The notes beneath the pieces were generated by a model. It ran no database searches, was not told where the DNA came from, and worked only from the letters and a program-made list of their open reading frames with translations. Both the position numbers and the translations under genes were made by a program. Positions 1 through 9,893 of a stretch of 64,000 nt of DNA are shown here, one piece after another (the stretch's first letter is position 1; each line of letters opens with the position of its first letter). The DNA is from Steroidobacteraceae bacterium (lineage in GTDB: Bacteria > Pseudomonadota > Gammaproteobacteria > Steroidobacterales > Steroidobacteraceae), in NCBI GenBank assembly GCA_035488895.1, contig DATHKV010000145.1, positions 36,472-100,471 on the forward strand, in the 5' to 3' direction.

Positions 1-1229
1 ATCCCGCCATGCATGCTCGTGTGTCCCGATACAACGATCTTTCGGTGACCAAACCCAAGGTGGAGTGGACCAAGCAGATCAAACACTTGCCGGTCGACAA
101 GATGTTGGATGATCTCGGCGAGCCTGCGGGCACTTTTGAACAACTGATCGATCGCACGCCCGCAGATCCGGCCTGGCGTCAGGGTGGCCTCTACCACGAG
201 GACATGGGTTGGGGTGTGCCGGCGCTGTGGTTCGACTCCTGGTACGACGTGTCCATCGGACCGAACCTCGAACTTTTCAACCATGCGCGAACCGATGGCG
301 ACAAGAACGCTGCCCCCAATCAATACGCAGTAGTCGCCCCCATACCTCATTGCACCTACTGGAAGATGGGTCCCGACACGACGGTCGGGGAGCGTTCCAT
401 GGGCGACACGAGCTTCGATGTGGACGGAACCATTTTCGCCTGGTTTGACCGGTGGTTGAAGGCGGACGCCAACGCCTGGCCCGCCACCACTCCGCATGTC
501 CGCTACTTCACCATGGGCGAGAACCGCTGGAATGCCTCAAACAGCTGGCCTCCCAAGGAAGTGAAGTCGGTGCGCATGTACCTTCGCAGCGAGGGAGCCG
601 CCAACAGCCTGTATGGCAATGGCCGGTTGGACCTTGCGGCGCCGCCGGGCAGCGAGAAGCCCGATCACTTCACCTACGACCCCATGAATCCGGTACAGAC
701 CCTGGGAGGCAGCGATTGCTGTAACGGTGGCCTGGTTACGCCAGGTGCCTACGATCAACGTTCCATCGAGGCGCGCTCGGATGTGCTCGTGTATTCGAGT
801 GAACCCCTGAAGGAAGCAATGAACGTCACAGGCTTCGTCAATGCAGTCTTGAAAGTGTCCTCCAGTGCGAAGGATACGGACTTCACCGTCAAGCTCGTAG
901 ATGTGCTGCCCGATGGCACGGCCTACATCATTGCAGATACGATTTTCCGGGCCCGCTACCGCAACGGCTTCGACAAACCAGAGATGATGACGCCGAATGC
1001 CGTTTACACCATCAACCCGACGCCGATGACCACCAGCACGCGGTTCGACAAAGGGCACCGCATACGGGTGGAGATCGCTTCATCCGACTTTCCAAAATTT
1101 GTGCGCAACTTGAACACGGGCGGAGCGAACGAAAGCGAGAGCACGGGCGTATTGGCCAACAACACGATTCACCACGCCGGTGAGAACGCCTCGTACGTCG
1201 AATTGCCAGTCATGCCGAGCAAACCATAA
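1..1229 (+). CDS. CocE/NonD family hydrolase (S15 X-Pro dipeptidyl-peptidase-like), C-terminal part; 5' end outside window
   Basis: Frame is open to the window edge. Motifs FAWFDRWLK, YFTMGENRW, DVLVYSSEPL and GHRIRVEIASSDFPKF match the C-terminal beta-sandwich region of CocE/NonD hydrolases. Confidence 0.8.
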   Translation, partial: PAMHARVSRYNDLSVTKPKVEWTKQIKHLPVDKMLDDLGEPAGTFEQLIDRTPADPAWRQGGLYHEDMGWGVPALWFDSWYDVSIGPNLELFNHARTDGDKNAAPNQYAVVAPIPHCTYWKMGPDTTVGERSMGDTSFDVDGTIFAWFDRWLKADANAWPATTPHVRYFTMGENRWNASNSWPPKEVKSVRMYLRSEGAANSLYGNGRLDLAAPPGSEKPDHFTYDPMNPVQTLGGSDCCNGGLVTPGAYDQRSIEARSDVLVYSSEPLKEAMNVTGFVNAVLKVSSSAKDTDFTVKLVDVLPDGTAYIIADTIFRARYRNGFDKPEMMTPNAVYTINPTPMTTSTRFDKGHRIRVEIASSDFPKFVRNLNTGGANESESTGVLANNTIHHAGENASYVELPVMPSKP

Positions 1230-1277
1230 CCGGCTCGGTCGGCTACACTGGCGGCTGGCTGCCGTAAAAGGTTGATC

Positions 1278-2975
1278 ATGAAGCACGCACTCCGCTTGAG
1301 CCTCGCCGCTTGTCTCGGGTTGTTCGCCGTAGGCGCAAAAGCGGATCCCGCCGAACTTCGCACCCTGGCGCATGAGTACTACCTGTGGCGTGACGCGGCT
1401 TATCCGGTGGCCAGCAGCAGCAATGGCGAGCATCGCTTTGACTCGCGCCTCACTGACTTTCGCATGGCCGCCGTGATCGATCGCCAGCGCCACATCAGTG
1501 AACTGCTGGCGCAAGTGCGTGCCATGTCCGATGCCGGCTGGGCCAAGGATGATCGCGTCGATCGGCTGTTGTTCCAGGCGCAGCTGGCGGGTGCTGATTT
1601 CTTCGACCGCGAGCGAAATCCGCAGGCTTCGGATCCCCAACTGTACGTCAACGAATGTACCAATGGCATTTTCAGCCTGCTGCAAAAAGACTACGCTCCC
1701 ACCCGCACGCGCGCCTTGGCAGCCACGGCACGTCTGAAGCAAATGCCGGCGCTGCTCTTGACGGCACGCGGCAATCTCACCCAACCGGTCAAGCTGTACG
1801 CTTCCCTCGCCATCGACGCGGCGCGCGGCGGCGATGAGCTATATACGGTAAGTCTCATGTCCCTGGCGGATAAGCTCTCATCGACGGAACGGCGAGAACT
1901 GGTGCAGGCACGCGACGGCGCCGTGAAGACGCTGCACGAGTTTGCTGAGTGGCTGAGCGCCAAAGCGCCTCAAATGCCGGATTGGCAGCCGATGGGCGAA
2001 GCCAAATACAACTACCTGCTGAAATCGGTGTTGCTCTTGCCCATGGATGCGCATGACGTCGCGCACCTTGGCGAAGTGGAACTGGCGCGCTATCGCGCGC
2101 TCGAGGCGATGCTCAAGGATCCCAGCCTCGCCTCGCCGGATCCCGCGAGGGCGGCCCATATTCCGAGGGATCAGGCCGAATTCCTGGCCGCTTATCAGGC
2201 GCGGCTGGATGACATCGTGAGTTTCCTCAAAAACAATCACTTGGTCACATTGCCGCCCTACTTAGGCTCCTTTCAAATTCGTCAGCTACCGGAAGCCTTC
2301 AAGCCCACCTCGCCCGGTGGCTTCATGAACGCGCCGGGCCTGTATGACAAAGACCCGACCGGCTTTTACTACATCCCTACCTACGATCCGAAAAGCGGCA
2401 ACTTCTATATTCGCGCCGCCATCGAAGATCCGCGGCCCATTCTGGGGCACGAGGGGATACCCGGTCATTTTCTGCAGATTTCCATCGCCAATCACCTCAG
2501 CAATGAAATCAGGCGCCAGCACGGCGATTCTGTATTCGTCGAGGGATGGGCACTATATGGCGAGGAAATGCTGAGCCGCGAGGGTCTATACCCTCAAGAT
2601 TCCGCCTCGCAAGGCCAGGTGCTTCGGCTGAGTCGCTACCGATCCGCGCGCATCGGCGTGGATGTCAACCTGCAATCCGGACGCTGGAGTTTCGAGCAAG
2701 CGGTTAAGTATTTCATGGATGCCGGGGGTCTCGATCGTGAAGCGGCCGAGGGCGAGGCGGCGGGCGCCGCATCCAGCCCGTCACAGAAGATTTCCTATAT
2801 CACGGGCAAGTGGCAAATCATGCGACTGCTTGGGCGCTATCGCGACCGAGAGGGCGCGAATTTCAAGCTCGGTGCCTTTCACGACCAACTCATCAGCTAT
2901 GGCTCGCTACCCGTCTCCGTGATCGAATGGCTCATGTTCGACGATGACAGTCAGGTGCAGAAGGCTTCCCGATGA
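1278..2975 (+). CDS. DUF885 family secreted protein
   Basis: ATG 1278 lies 6 nt after AAAAGG (ORF opens at TTG 1272). Signal peptide MKHALRLSLAACLGLFAVGAKA. HEGIPGHFLQ and EGWALYGE motifs are typical of DUF885. Confidence 0.8.
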   Translation: MKHALRLSLAACLGLFAVGAKADPAELRTLAHEYYLWRDAAYPVASSSNGEHRFDSRLTDFRMAAVIDRQRHISELLAQVRAMSDAGWAKDDRVDRLLFQAQLAGADFFDRERNPQASDPQLYVNECTNGIFSLLQKDYAPTRTRALAATARLKQMPALLLTARGNLTQPVKLYASLAIDAARGGDELYTVSLMSLADKLSSTERRELVQARDGAVKTLHEFAEWLSAKAPQMPDWQPMGEAKYNYLLKSVLLLPMDAHDVAHLGEVELARYRALEAMLKDPSLASPDPARAAHIPRDQAEFLAAYQARLDDIVSFLKNNHLVTLPPYLGSFQIRQLPEAFKPTSPGGFMNAPGLYDKDPTGFYYIPTYDPKSGNFYIRAAIEDPRPILGHEGIPGHFLQISIANHLSNEIRRQHGDSVFVEGWALYGEEMLSREGLYPQDSASQGQVLRLSRYRSARIGVDVNLQSGRWSFEQAVKYFMDAGGLDREAAEGEAAGAASSPSQKISYITGKWQIMRLLGRYRDREGANFKLGAFHDQLISYGSLPVSVIEWLMFDDDSQVQKASR

Positions 2976-3005
2976 CGGTGACGTTGCGATAGCGGGTACT
3001 TGCAT

Positions 3006-4763
3006 ATGACGGCAAAGTGGAAGTGGATGCTTTGGATCAGCGGCGCTCTGTTGCTGGCAATCGTTACTTTTGTGGTTTTTGTCGAGAATCGTGGTGGGCA
3101 CTACCCGATTTATAAGGCCTCGAGTTTTTCGCACCTTAAGGTGCCGACCGAGAGCACGGCGTCAACCAGCGATCCTGTGGTGCAGATCAGTGCTGGAACG
3201 CTGCGTGGTACCAACGCTGGATCCGCAATCGCGTTTCGAGGGGTACCCTACGCGAAGCCACCCATAGGCGAGTTGCGCTGGCAACCGCCGGAGCCACCGT
3301 TACCCTGGCAAGGCGTGCGAGAAGCGGTGCAGCCAGCCAGCGCCTGCACGCAGCGAACCTCGGGCCTCACTCCTTTTATCGCCCCGTTGGCTCACGCGTA
3401 TGGCTCAAATTTTGAGCAACCTCCGATTAAATCGTCCGAGGACTGTCTTTATCTCGATGTATGGATCCCAGAGTGGCCGGTTAAACGTGCGCTGCCCGTG
3501 ATGGTTTGGCTGCACGGCGGCAGCAACACCGTGGGCAGCGGCACACAGCCGGCGTATGACGGAGTTCCTTTAACGCGGCATGGCGTGTTGCTGGTCACCT
3601 TGAACTATCGACTCGGGGTGATGGGCTTCTTCAGTCATCCTGAGCTCACGGCCGAATCGCCGCATCACAGCTCGGGCAACTATGGATTGTTGGACCAACT
3701 CGCCGCCCTAACATGGGTGAAGCAAAACATCGCTCAGTTTGGCGGTGATCCCGATAATGTCACGCTGTTCGGCGAGTCTGCCGGCGCGATTGACGCAGGT
3801 CGTTTGATGACCTCGCCGCTCGCTGCGGGGCTATTCAAACGCGTGATATCAGAAAGCGGTCCTGCGTTTGAGTCGGGACAAACATTATCGCAAGCGGAAG
3901 GTTTCGGCAGCGCAGTAAGTGCCTTGGCCCCAGGTACTGCGTCGACGGCACTCACTAAATTGCGTGCACTACCGGCAACGGAAGTTGACGCACTGGTACT
4001 CAAGGCTAAGGAACATTTCCCGGCTGACATGACGGCCGCGACGACCGACGGTTGGGTGCTTCCGATGTCGCCGCAGCAAGCCTTTCTTACCGGATCAATC
4101 CAAAAGGTGGATTTGCTGATCGGTCTCAATGGCCGGGAGCTCAGCGCTTTTCGTCTCTCCGCTGCGGCCGCCGCCAAAGCTTCGGGCGGTCAGAGCAACG
4201 TCCCAGAATCGGCTGGGCTGGGGAAGGTTTCGGAGGCTGCTCGGCTCTATTTCGGAATCTGGACCAATCCCGCCATCGCTTTCTACTTCGGCAGAATACT
4301 GTTGAATAGAAGTACCGGGCTAGATAAGGCCGCCAATGACTTGATTGCCGCGTGTCCGGTTGGCGCGTTGGCGAGCCTTACCAAGGCCTCCGGTCAGCAT
4401 GTGTTTGTATACCGTTTTGATCGATCGATTCCTGGGAAGGGCGAGGCAACCTTAGGGGCGTTTCATAGTTTGGAAGTACCCTACGTTTTCGGTAGTTTGC
4501 GAACCCAAGAATGGCGGTGGCTTCCCTCGACTGCTGACGATGCATCGCTGTCCGACCTGCTGCAAACTTATTGGACCAATTTCGCAAGGACCAGCAATCC
4601 GAATACTTCGGGCTTGCCCAATTGGCCGGCATGGAGCGATGAAGAGAAAGAGTTTCTGGTGGTCAATCAGGATGCGAGCGTCACAGCGCAGCGCAATTTC
4701 CCGCCGCTTTTCTCCAGCCTTAAGGCAAATGAGCTGAAAAAGAGTTTCAAAGACAATGAGTGA
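3006..4763 (+). CDS. type-B carboxylesterase/lipase family protein
   Basis: N-terminal hydrophobic anchor. Motifs FRGVPYAKPP, EDCLYLDVW, VWLHGG and nucleophile elbow GESAGA. ORF opens at TTG 3000; first ATG is 3006. Confidence 0.85.
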   Translation: MTAKWKWMLWISGALLLAIVTFVVFVENRGGHYPIYKASSFSHLKVPTESTASTSDPVVQISAGTLRGTNAGSAIAFRGVPYAKPPIGELRWQPPEPPLPWQGVREAVQPASACTQRTSGLTPFIAPLAHAYGSNFEQPPIKSSEDCLYLDVWIPEWPVKRALPVMVWLHGGSNTVGSGTQPAYDGVPLTRHGVLLVTLNYRLGVMGFFSHPELTAESPHHSSGNYGLLDQLAALTWVKQNIAQFGGDPDNVTLFGESAGAIDAGRLMTSPLAAGLFKRVISESGPAFESGQTLSQAEGFGSAVSALAPGTASTALTKLRALPATEVDALVLKAKEHFPADMTAATTDGWVLPMSPQQAFLTGSIQKVDLLIGLNGRELSAFRLSAAAAAKASGGQSNVPESAGLGKVSEAARLYFGIWTNPAIAFYFGRILLNRSTGLDKAANDLIAACPVGALASLTKASGQHVFVYRFDRSIPGKGEATLGAFHSLEVPYVFGSLRTQEWRWLPSTADDASLSDLLQTYWTNFARTSNPNTSGLPNWPAWSDEEKEFLVVNQDASVTAQRNFPPLFSSLKANELKKSFKDNE

Positions 4764-4834
4764 GATGGGCGGCGCGAGCAATATGAAGGCAATCCAGCTT
4801 TATGAGCGGTTAGGTTGAACAGGGGGAGTCAATC

Positions 4835-4993
4835 GTGAAGTTAATCATCACTGTTTTTGCCGCCACTTGGCTAATCTCGGGCTGCTTGACAAACACTCCG
4901 CAGCAAGATAGCAGTGGCGTTGGCCAGAAGGATCCGCGTACCGGATTGTGCCATGACGCCACGCCACCGCCTTGCGAGCCTCCTAAAGACTAA
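4835..4993 (+). CDS. small putative lipoprotein (52 aa), below the ORF-track cutoff
   Basis: GTG 4835 lies 5 nt after GGGGGAG. Translation VKLIITVFAATWLISGCLTNTPQQ... has a lipobox LISGC. TAA at 4991-4993 checked in frame by hand. Confidence 0.45.
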   Translation: MKLIITVFAATWLISGCLTNTPQQDSSGVGQKDPRTGLCHDATPPPCEPPKD

Positions 4994-5094
4994 CGGGAAT
5001 TCGCCTCGCGGTAGTATGGCGGACGCCCATCTTCGTCCAGCCGGGCTGTCCGCGCCGCGCGCGTCATCACGCATTCTTTGGGGAGAGTTCACCC

Positions 5095-6594
5095 ATGCTT
5101 AATAAACGAGTCGGCAGAGAAGTTTATCGGTGGTTGAGCCGGTCTTTCCCGGTTGCGGTGCAGGGTCGCTGCCCGCGATCGATTCCGGCTGTGGTGGCGC
5201 TCGCTGGCGTATTTTTTTGCACGCCAAGCGGTGCCGATCCCGGTGGCTATGCCGCTCTGGTGAGACGGGCTGCACCTAGCGTGGTCACCATTCTCGTGGA
5301 AGAAGCACCCGTCGCTGCAGGCCAACTTGCCGCCTCAAGGGCAATTGCACGTGATTATGACTCGATACAGTCCGCGATTCAGCGGCTGCTGTCCGGAGTC
5401 AACCGTGATCAATCGCGCGACGATGGGGCCACCGCCTCATTGGGATCGGGATTTGTCGTGCGCGCGGATGGCATGATCGTGACGAATCGGCACGTGATTC
5501 TCGGGGCTCGCAAAGTTCATGTGCATCTGCCGGATGGCCGGGACGTCACTGCGGACATTGTCGGCGCGGACGCGCTGACCGATATAGCACTGCTGAGAGT
5601 CCACGCGGGGAATTTGCCGGCCCTGCGATTGGGGTCTTCCGAGGATGTCGCGGTCGGCGATGCGGTGATCGCCATTGGTAACCCCTTCGGGCTGGGTCAA
5701 TCGGTCAGCGCAGGCATCGTCTCGGCACGCGCGCGCGCGCTGGAAGATGATCCCTACATCAATTTTCTGCAGACGGATGCCGCCATCAATCGCGGTAACT
5801 CGGGTGGTCCGCTCCTATCGACCTCAGGCTCAGTGGTTGGGGTGACGTCTGTCATTTTCTCCCCGAGTGGTGGCTCGGTTGGCTTGGGTTTCGCGATACC
5901 CGCGGAAACCGTATCTGCGGTAATCCGGCAACTTGAGGCACACGGTCGGGTTGAGCGGGGGTATCTGGGAATCTCTGCGCAAGAATTGACGCCCGAGGTG
6001 GCTACGGCATTGCATGTGAAGGCTGCTGGCCACGCCTTGATCACAGGGCTTGATCCGCAGGGCCCGTCGACGCAATCGCTGGCCATCGGGGATGTGTTGT
6101 TGAGCATCAATTTAGCGTCTGCCACATTTAAGACGTTGAGTACGATTACGGCGCGATTGGTACCGAATTCGCTGGCGACGATTCGGATTGCACGCGATGG
6201 GAAAGAGCAGTCACTGGCCATCAAGGTGGCTCGTCTGCCTGATCCTCCCGTTGATGCGGCCGCGTCCGGCGGCCAGGATAGTTGGGTGCCCGCGTTGGGG
6301 TTAGGCCTCGCAGATACCACAAGCGCCATCCGCGATGCCATCAAAGCCAACAACGAGCCGAGTGGCCTGATCGTGACGCAGCTTAGGTCCGCCGGCCCAG
6401 GCGCACTGGCGGGTTTGAAAGTCGGCGACTTAGTCACACACGTCGGAACCAAGCAATTGATCGCCATCGCGGACTTAGGGGTGATTCACGCTCCGACTCG
6501 CCAGGCTCCGCTGCTTCTGCGTGTCGTGCGCGAGGGATCCCCAGCGTTTGTCGCCGTCACCGGAGAGGCCGAGATGTCTTTGGTCCCGCACTAA
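5095..6594 (+). CDS. Do/DegP/HtrA-family periplasmic serine endoprotease with PDZ region
   Basis: GGGGAGAG precedes ATG 5095. Signal-like N-terminus. Catalytic triad contexts TNRHV, DIALL, GNSGGPL. C-terminal PDZ-like segments. Confidence 0.85.
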   Translation: MLNKRVGREVYRWLSRSFPVAVQGRCPRSIPAVVALAGVFFCTPSGADPGGYAALVRRAAPSVVTILVEEAPVAAGQLAASRAIARDYDSIQSAIQRLLSGVNRDQSRDDGATASLGSGFVVRADGMIVTNRHVILGARKVHVHLPDGRDVTADIVGADALTDIALLRVHAGNLPALRLGSSEDVAVGDAVIAIGNPFGLGQSVSAGIVSARARALEDDPYINFLQTDAAINRGNSGGPLLSTSGSVVGVTSVIFSPSGGSVGLGFAIPAETVSAVIRQLEAHGRVERGYLGISAQELTPEVATALHVKAAGHALITGLDPQGPSTQSLAIGDVLLSINLASATFKTLSTITARLVPNSLATIRIARDGKEQSLAIKVARLPDPPVDAAASGGQDSWVPALGLGLADTTSAIRDAIKANNEPSGLIVTQLRSAGPGALAGLKVGDLVTHVGTKQLIAIADLGVIHAPTRQAPLLLRVVREGSPAFVAVTGEAEMSLVPH

Positions 6595-6668
6595 CGAATG
6601 CGGCAGTGCCGGTGCGCCAGTGCGCCATTTCTACTGGGGTTCGATGAGATTTTGATACGGAGACAATA

Positions 6669-6968
6669 GTGAAACTGAAGGCAAATTTTGCAATCTCGGC
6701 CTTGTTAGTGGTTACTGCGGGCTGCACCGACCTTAAACCCCTGGAAGAGCGTGTTTCGGAGCTGGAGGGGCAAGTCAGTCAGCTTAAGGTCGACCTCGCG
6801 AAATCGGCGAGCAATGCAGCGGCCGCCAATAGAGCAACTGCAGCGTCCGCGTCGGCAGCGTCTGGCGAGGCGAAGCAGGCTTTGTCGATCGCCGAGTCAA
6901 ATACCGCAGCCATCGACAAACTCAATGCAAAAATCGATCAGATGTTCAGGAAGCGGCCGGACTCCTAG
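6669..6968 (+). CDS. Lpp-like alanine-zipper lipoprotein
   Basis: GTG 6669 follows ACGGAGA. Lipobox VTAGC. The remainder is an Ala/Ser/Asn-rich heptad coiled coil (LEGQVSQLKVDLAKSASNAAAAN...). Confidence 0.65.
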   Translation: MKLKANFAISALLVVTAGCTDLKPLEERVSELEGQVSQLKVDLAKSASNAAAANRATAASASAASGEAKQALSIAESNTAAIDKLNAKIDQMFRKRPDS

Positions 6969-6972
6969 AGCG

Positions 6973-8577
6973 TCAGTTCTCATCGAGCAAACGTCGGGCT
7001 TCACGAATAATGGATTCGGAAAAACCGATTCTTTCCAGCAGCTTGATGGCATTCCTCGCGTGGCTAATGCCGGCGCGCAGCTTGTAGTCAAACACTTCAG
7101 GCAAATCGGGATTTTCTGTGAAGTGATAGATGGAATATTGCTGCTCCAAGTGCGCCTGAAGCTCTACATCGTGCGTTGTGGCCAGCACCTGGGCGTGCCG
7201 AGCCATCTCCTCCAACACCGCCTTAGCCGCGGCGATGCGTTCCGGCGTGTTAGTGCCGCGGAAAAGTTCGTCAATCAAAAATACTCCGCGCCCGGCTTCC
7301 TTAGCGTTCCTTAGAAACAACAGAATGCGTTCAATCTCCGAGAAAAAGTGACTCTTGCCTGATTCAATCGAGTGTTCCAACCGTATCGAAGTCATGACAG
7401 GGGATCGTGGAATCACGGCTGATGACGCGAAGCAGACGCCTAGCGTGCGTCCAAGAACGATATTTGTCCCGATCATCTTGATGAACGTCGTTTTCCCGGC
7501 CATGTTTGACCCGACGATAAGCGCCGATCGCCCCGCCAAGCTGATTGAGTTCGTCACCGCATCCGATAGAACCGGATGATATCCGTCCTGAATTTCGATT
7601 CGCTGCTCGCCGCATATCTTTGGAAAGCAGTGCCCTGGAAGTCGCCTTATCCACGAAGCAACGGAAACCGTCGCGTCCAATGACCCTACGGCCACAAAGA
7701 GTGCCTGCAGCGGTCTACGTAACCGCTGCATCCGTGCGATGGCGATTGCTCCTGCAGCGAGGTCCACCAAAAACAGCAGCTGTAGATAGAAGACCATGGA
7801 TCCAACCAAAGACTCGTCGCGCTTCACCAAAAACCAGCGAAAAGCGCGCCTTATTTCAACGTTGTGCTGCAGCAAGTCTCTAAGCTCAGCGATTTGCGAC
7901 AAAGATGCAGCAGATTGTATTCGCGACAGGCGAACTGCTACTCCGACCATAGTGCCAATTCGGGCCGCCGTTGAATAAACGTCGTGAAATCGGTGGCTAC
8001 CAAAGAACAGGAAAACAACGTTGCAAAGAACCAATGCCGCAAAAGCCCAAGCCACTGGATGTACAAAAATAGCGACGACGCAGGACAGAATCGAGAGTCC
8101 CGAGGACAGAAATATCAAAGGCGCCCACAGTGGCTGGCGAGGCTCCTGGCCAAATAGCGCGTCGCAAATTAATGCGTTTGAATCGTTCTGCAGGAGCGAA
8201 GCCGCGAGTTGTATCGATTCTCTGAGAGGTGCGTCGTTCGCGAGTATCCGATAGTTTTCGTACTCGCCCGCGAGCGCCAATTCGTCAGCCACGTAAGTGC
8301 GCAGCCGTCGGTACAAGCATTGGCTGCCCAGCGGGCTTCTGGTGCTATCCGCCAATGAAAATAGTCGGTCGAATTCCAAGTCAGACCAGGTGCGATCATC
8401 CATGGTCAGCTCATTCGTGGTCTTGCGGGTAAGTTCGAACAGTCGGCCGGCCAACCAAGGCGTCTTAGGAATTGGAGAAGCCCAATCGGCTCGAATTCTT
8501 TCCAACGGGGAATTGTTCCAGGAATACGCGTGTTTTAACGAAGTGATCCACTGCGAGATCCATAGCGGCATGTCCAA
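6973..8577 (-). CDS. MutS-related ABC-ATPase with membrane-spanning central region (MutS domain V only)
   Basis: Walker A GSNMAGKTTFIKMIG, Walker B FLIDELFRGTN, TTHD motif. Several hydrophobic helices in the middle. No mismatch-recognition or Smr region seen. Confidence 0.75.
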   Translation of the reverse strand: MDMPLWISQWITSLKHAYSWNNSPLERIRADWASPIPKTPWLAGRLFELTRKTTNELTMDDRTWSDLEFDRLFSLADSTRSPLGSQCLYRRLRTYVADELALAGEYENYRILANDAPLRESIQLAASLLQNDSNALICDALFGQEPRQPLWAPLIFLSSGLSILSCVVAIFVHPVAWAFAALVLCNVVFLFFGSHRFHDVYSTAARIGTMVGVAVRLSRIQSAASLSQIAELRDLLQHNVEIRRAFRWFLVKRDESLVGSMVFYLQLLFLVDLAAGAIAIARMQRLRRPLQALFVAVGSLDATVSVASWIRRLPGHCFPKICGEQRIEIQDGYHPVLSDAVTNSISLAGRSALIVGSNMAGKTTFIKMIGTNIVLGRTLGVCFASSAVIPRSPVMTSIRLEHSIESGKSHFFSEIERILLFLRNAKEAGRGVFLIDELFRGTNTPERIAAAKAVLEEMARHAQVLATTHDVELQAHLEQQYSIYHFTENPDLPEVFDYKLRAGISHARNAIKLLERIGFSESIIREARRLLDEN

Positions 8578-8711
8578 GTATGGCAGATTGGCGGTTACTT
8601 TTTCCCCGGCGGATCATGCAGCCTGACGCGGCGCGCAGGCGGCGAGTGCCTAAAGTCATCCCGATCTCGTAGAGCGGCGTTGGGTGACGGTGGCGAGGTT
8701 TTTCGTTAGCC

Positions 8712-9263
8712 CTAAGCCCGCACCCGCGCGGGGTTCCCGAGCGCGGTCGCGCCGCGTGAGACATTCCGCGTGACGACGCTGCCAGCCCCGATGATGGCGT
8801 CGTCATCTATCGTGACGCCGGGCAGAATAATGGCGCCGCCGCCAATCCATACATTGCGACCGATAGTGATGGGCCTGCCGAACTCGGCTCCCGACCGTCG
8901 CGCCGCGGGATCGCGTGGATGATCGGCCGTGTATATTTGAACTGCGGGTCCGATCTGTGTTCCTGCGCCGATGCTCACCGCTACCACGTCGAGAATCACG
9001 CAATTGAAATTCAGAAAGACATCGGCTCCCAGCGAGATGTTGTAGCCATAGTCGCAATGGAACGGCGGGCGGATTACCGCGCCGTTGCCGACGGCGGCCA
9101 AGCGCTCCCGCAGCAATTCGCGGCGCTCATCGGCGGTGGCACCGAGGGCGGCGTTGTAGCGCACCATCCAGGCCTTTGCCGCCTCCTGGTCCGATTGAAT
9201 CTCAGGATCGCTGGCGTGATAGAGCTCGCCGGCCAACATGTTTTGCTTCTGAGTTTGCTCCAT
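8712..9263 (-). CDS. sugar (maltose/galactoside-type) O-acetyltransferase, hexapeptide-repeat family
   Basis: ATG 9263 lies 8 nt after GGAGG. N-terminal Mac-like MLAGELYHASDPE. Left-handed beta-helix repeats IGRNVWIGGGAIILPGVTIDDDAIIGAGSVV. Confidence 0.8.
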   Translation of the reverse strand: MEQTQKQNMLAGELYHASDPEIQSDQEAAKAWMVRYNAALGATADERRELLRERLAAVGNGAVIRPPFHCDYGYNISLGADVFLNFNCVILDVVAVSIGAGTQIGPAVQIYTADHPRDPAARRSGAEFGRPITIGRNVWIGGGAIILPGVTIDDDAIIGAGSVVTRNVSRGATALGNPARVRA

Positions 9264-9431
9264 CGTGTCCGCCTCCATAAATGCGACAGCATAGCGTCGT
9301 TTCCCTTTCAACACGACAACCACCGCTCGCGTCGGCGGGTACCGTAATCTGAATGCCGCGAGATGTCCCCGCATCATGATACGATCGCGTGCTCGAGACG
9401 ACTACACGTCAATGTTTTGGCTGTCTATGGA

Positions 9432-9893
9432 ATGGATGCAATGCTCGCAGACACGACTGTAACTTTCCGGCAACTTGCTCAGCGCCGATTCAAAGGATTG
9501 GTGGTTGTGCTGGGTTTTATCGTGCTCGCAGCGTGCCAAACGCAAGGGGATGTCGTTCAACAAGAGAACACGCTCGCCGCGGCCGGATTCAGCGTGCGCA
9601 TCGCCAATACGGCGGCGCGACAATCCATGTTGAATCGCCTACCGCCGAACCAGTTCGTGACGCGCGTTCATGATGGCGTCACGCACTACGTATACGCAGA
9701 CCCGGGATGCGGATGTCTCTATGTGGGCTCGCAGCAAGCATTCAACCAGTACGTATCCAACCAACAGCTCGATATCGCCCATGAGCAGCAAATGGCGATA
9801 CAGGATTACTACGACGCTGCCTGGGATTGGGCCGCGTGGGGTCCTTGGGGTCCATTAGGTCCAGTGTATGGCCCGGCAGTCGGGGGCTGGTAG
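9432..9893 (+). CDS. putative lipoprotein, unknown function
   Basis: ATG 9432. Hydrophobic leader with lipobox VLAAC. W/G/P-rich C-terminus. Start choice is uncertain. Confidence 0.55.
   Translation: MDAMLADTTVTFRQLAQRRFKGLVVVLGFIVLAACQTQGDVVQQENTLAAAGFSVRIANTAARQSMLNRLPPNQFVTRVHDGVTHYVYADPGCGCLYVGSQQAFNQYVSNQQLDIAHEQQMAIQDYYDAAWDWAAWGPWGPLGPVYGPAVGGW

Noticed and set aside
5754-6467. Long antisense ORFs inside confirmed genes (this one inside degP; also 537..1058, 1080..1784, 18104..18709, 23455..24036, 55650..56171 and others)
   Set aside because: These are typical shadow ORFs of GC-rich DNA: Arg/Pro/Ala/Ser-rich, no RBS, and fully contained in well-supported genes on the other strand.
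6612-6627. Tandem repeat GTGCGCCA x2 downstream of degP
   Set aside because: There are only two units of an 8-mer, with no array structure. It is not a CRISPR and not a terminator.
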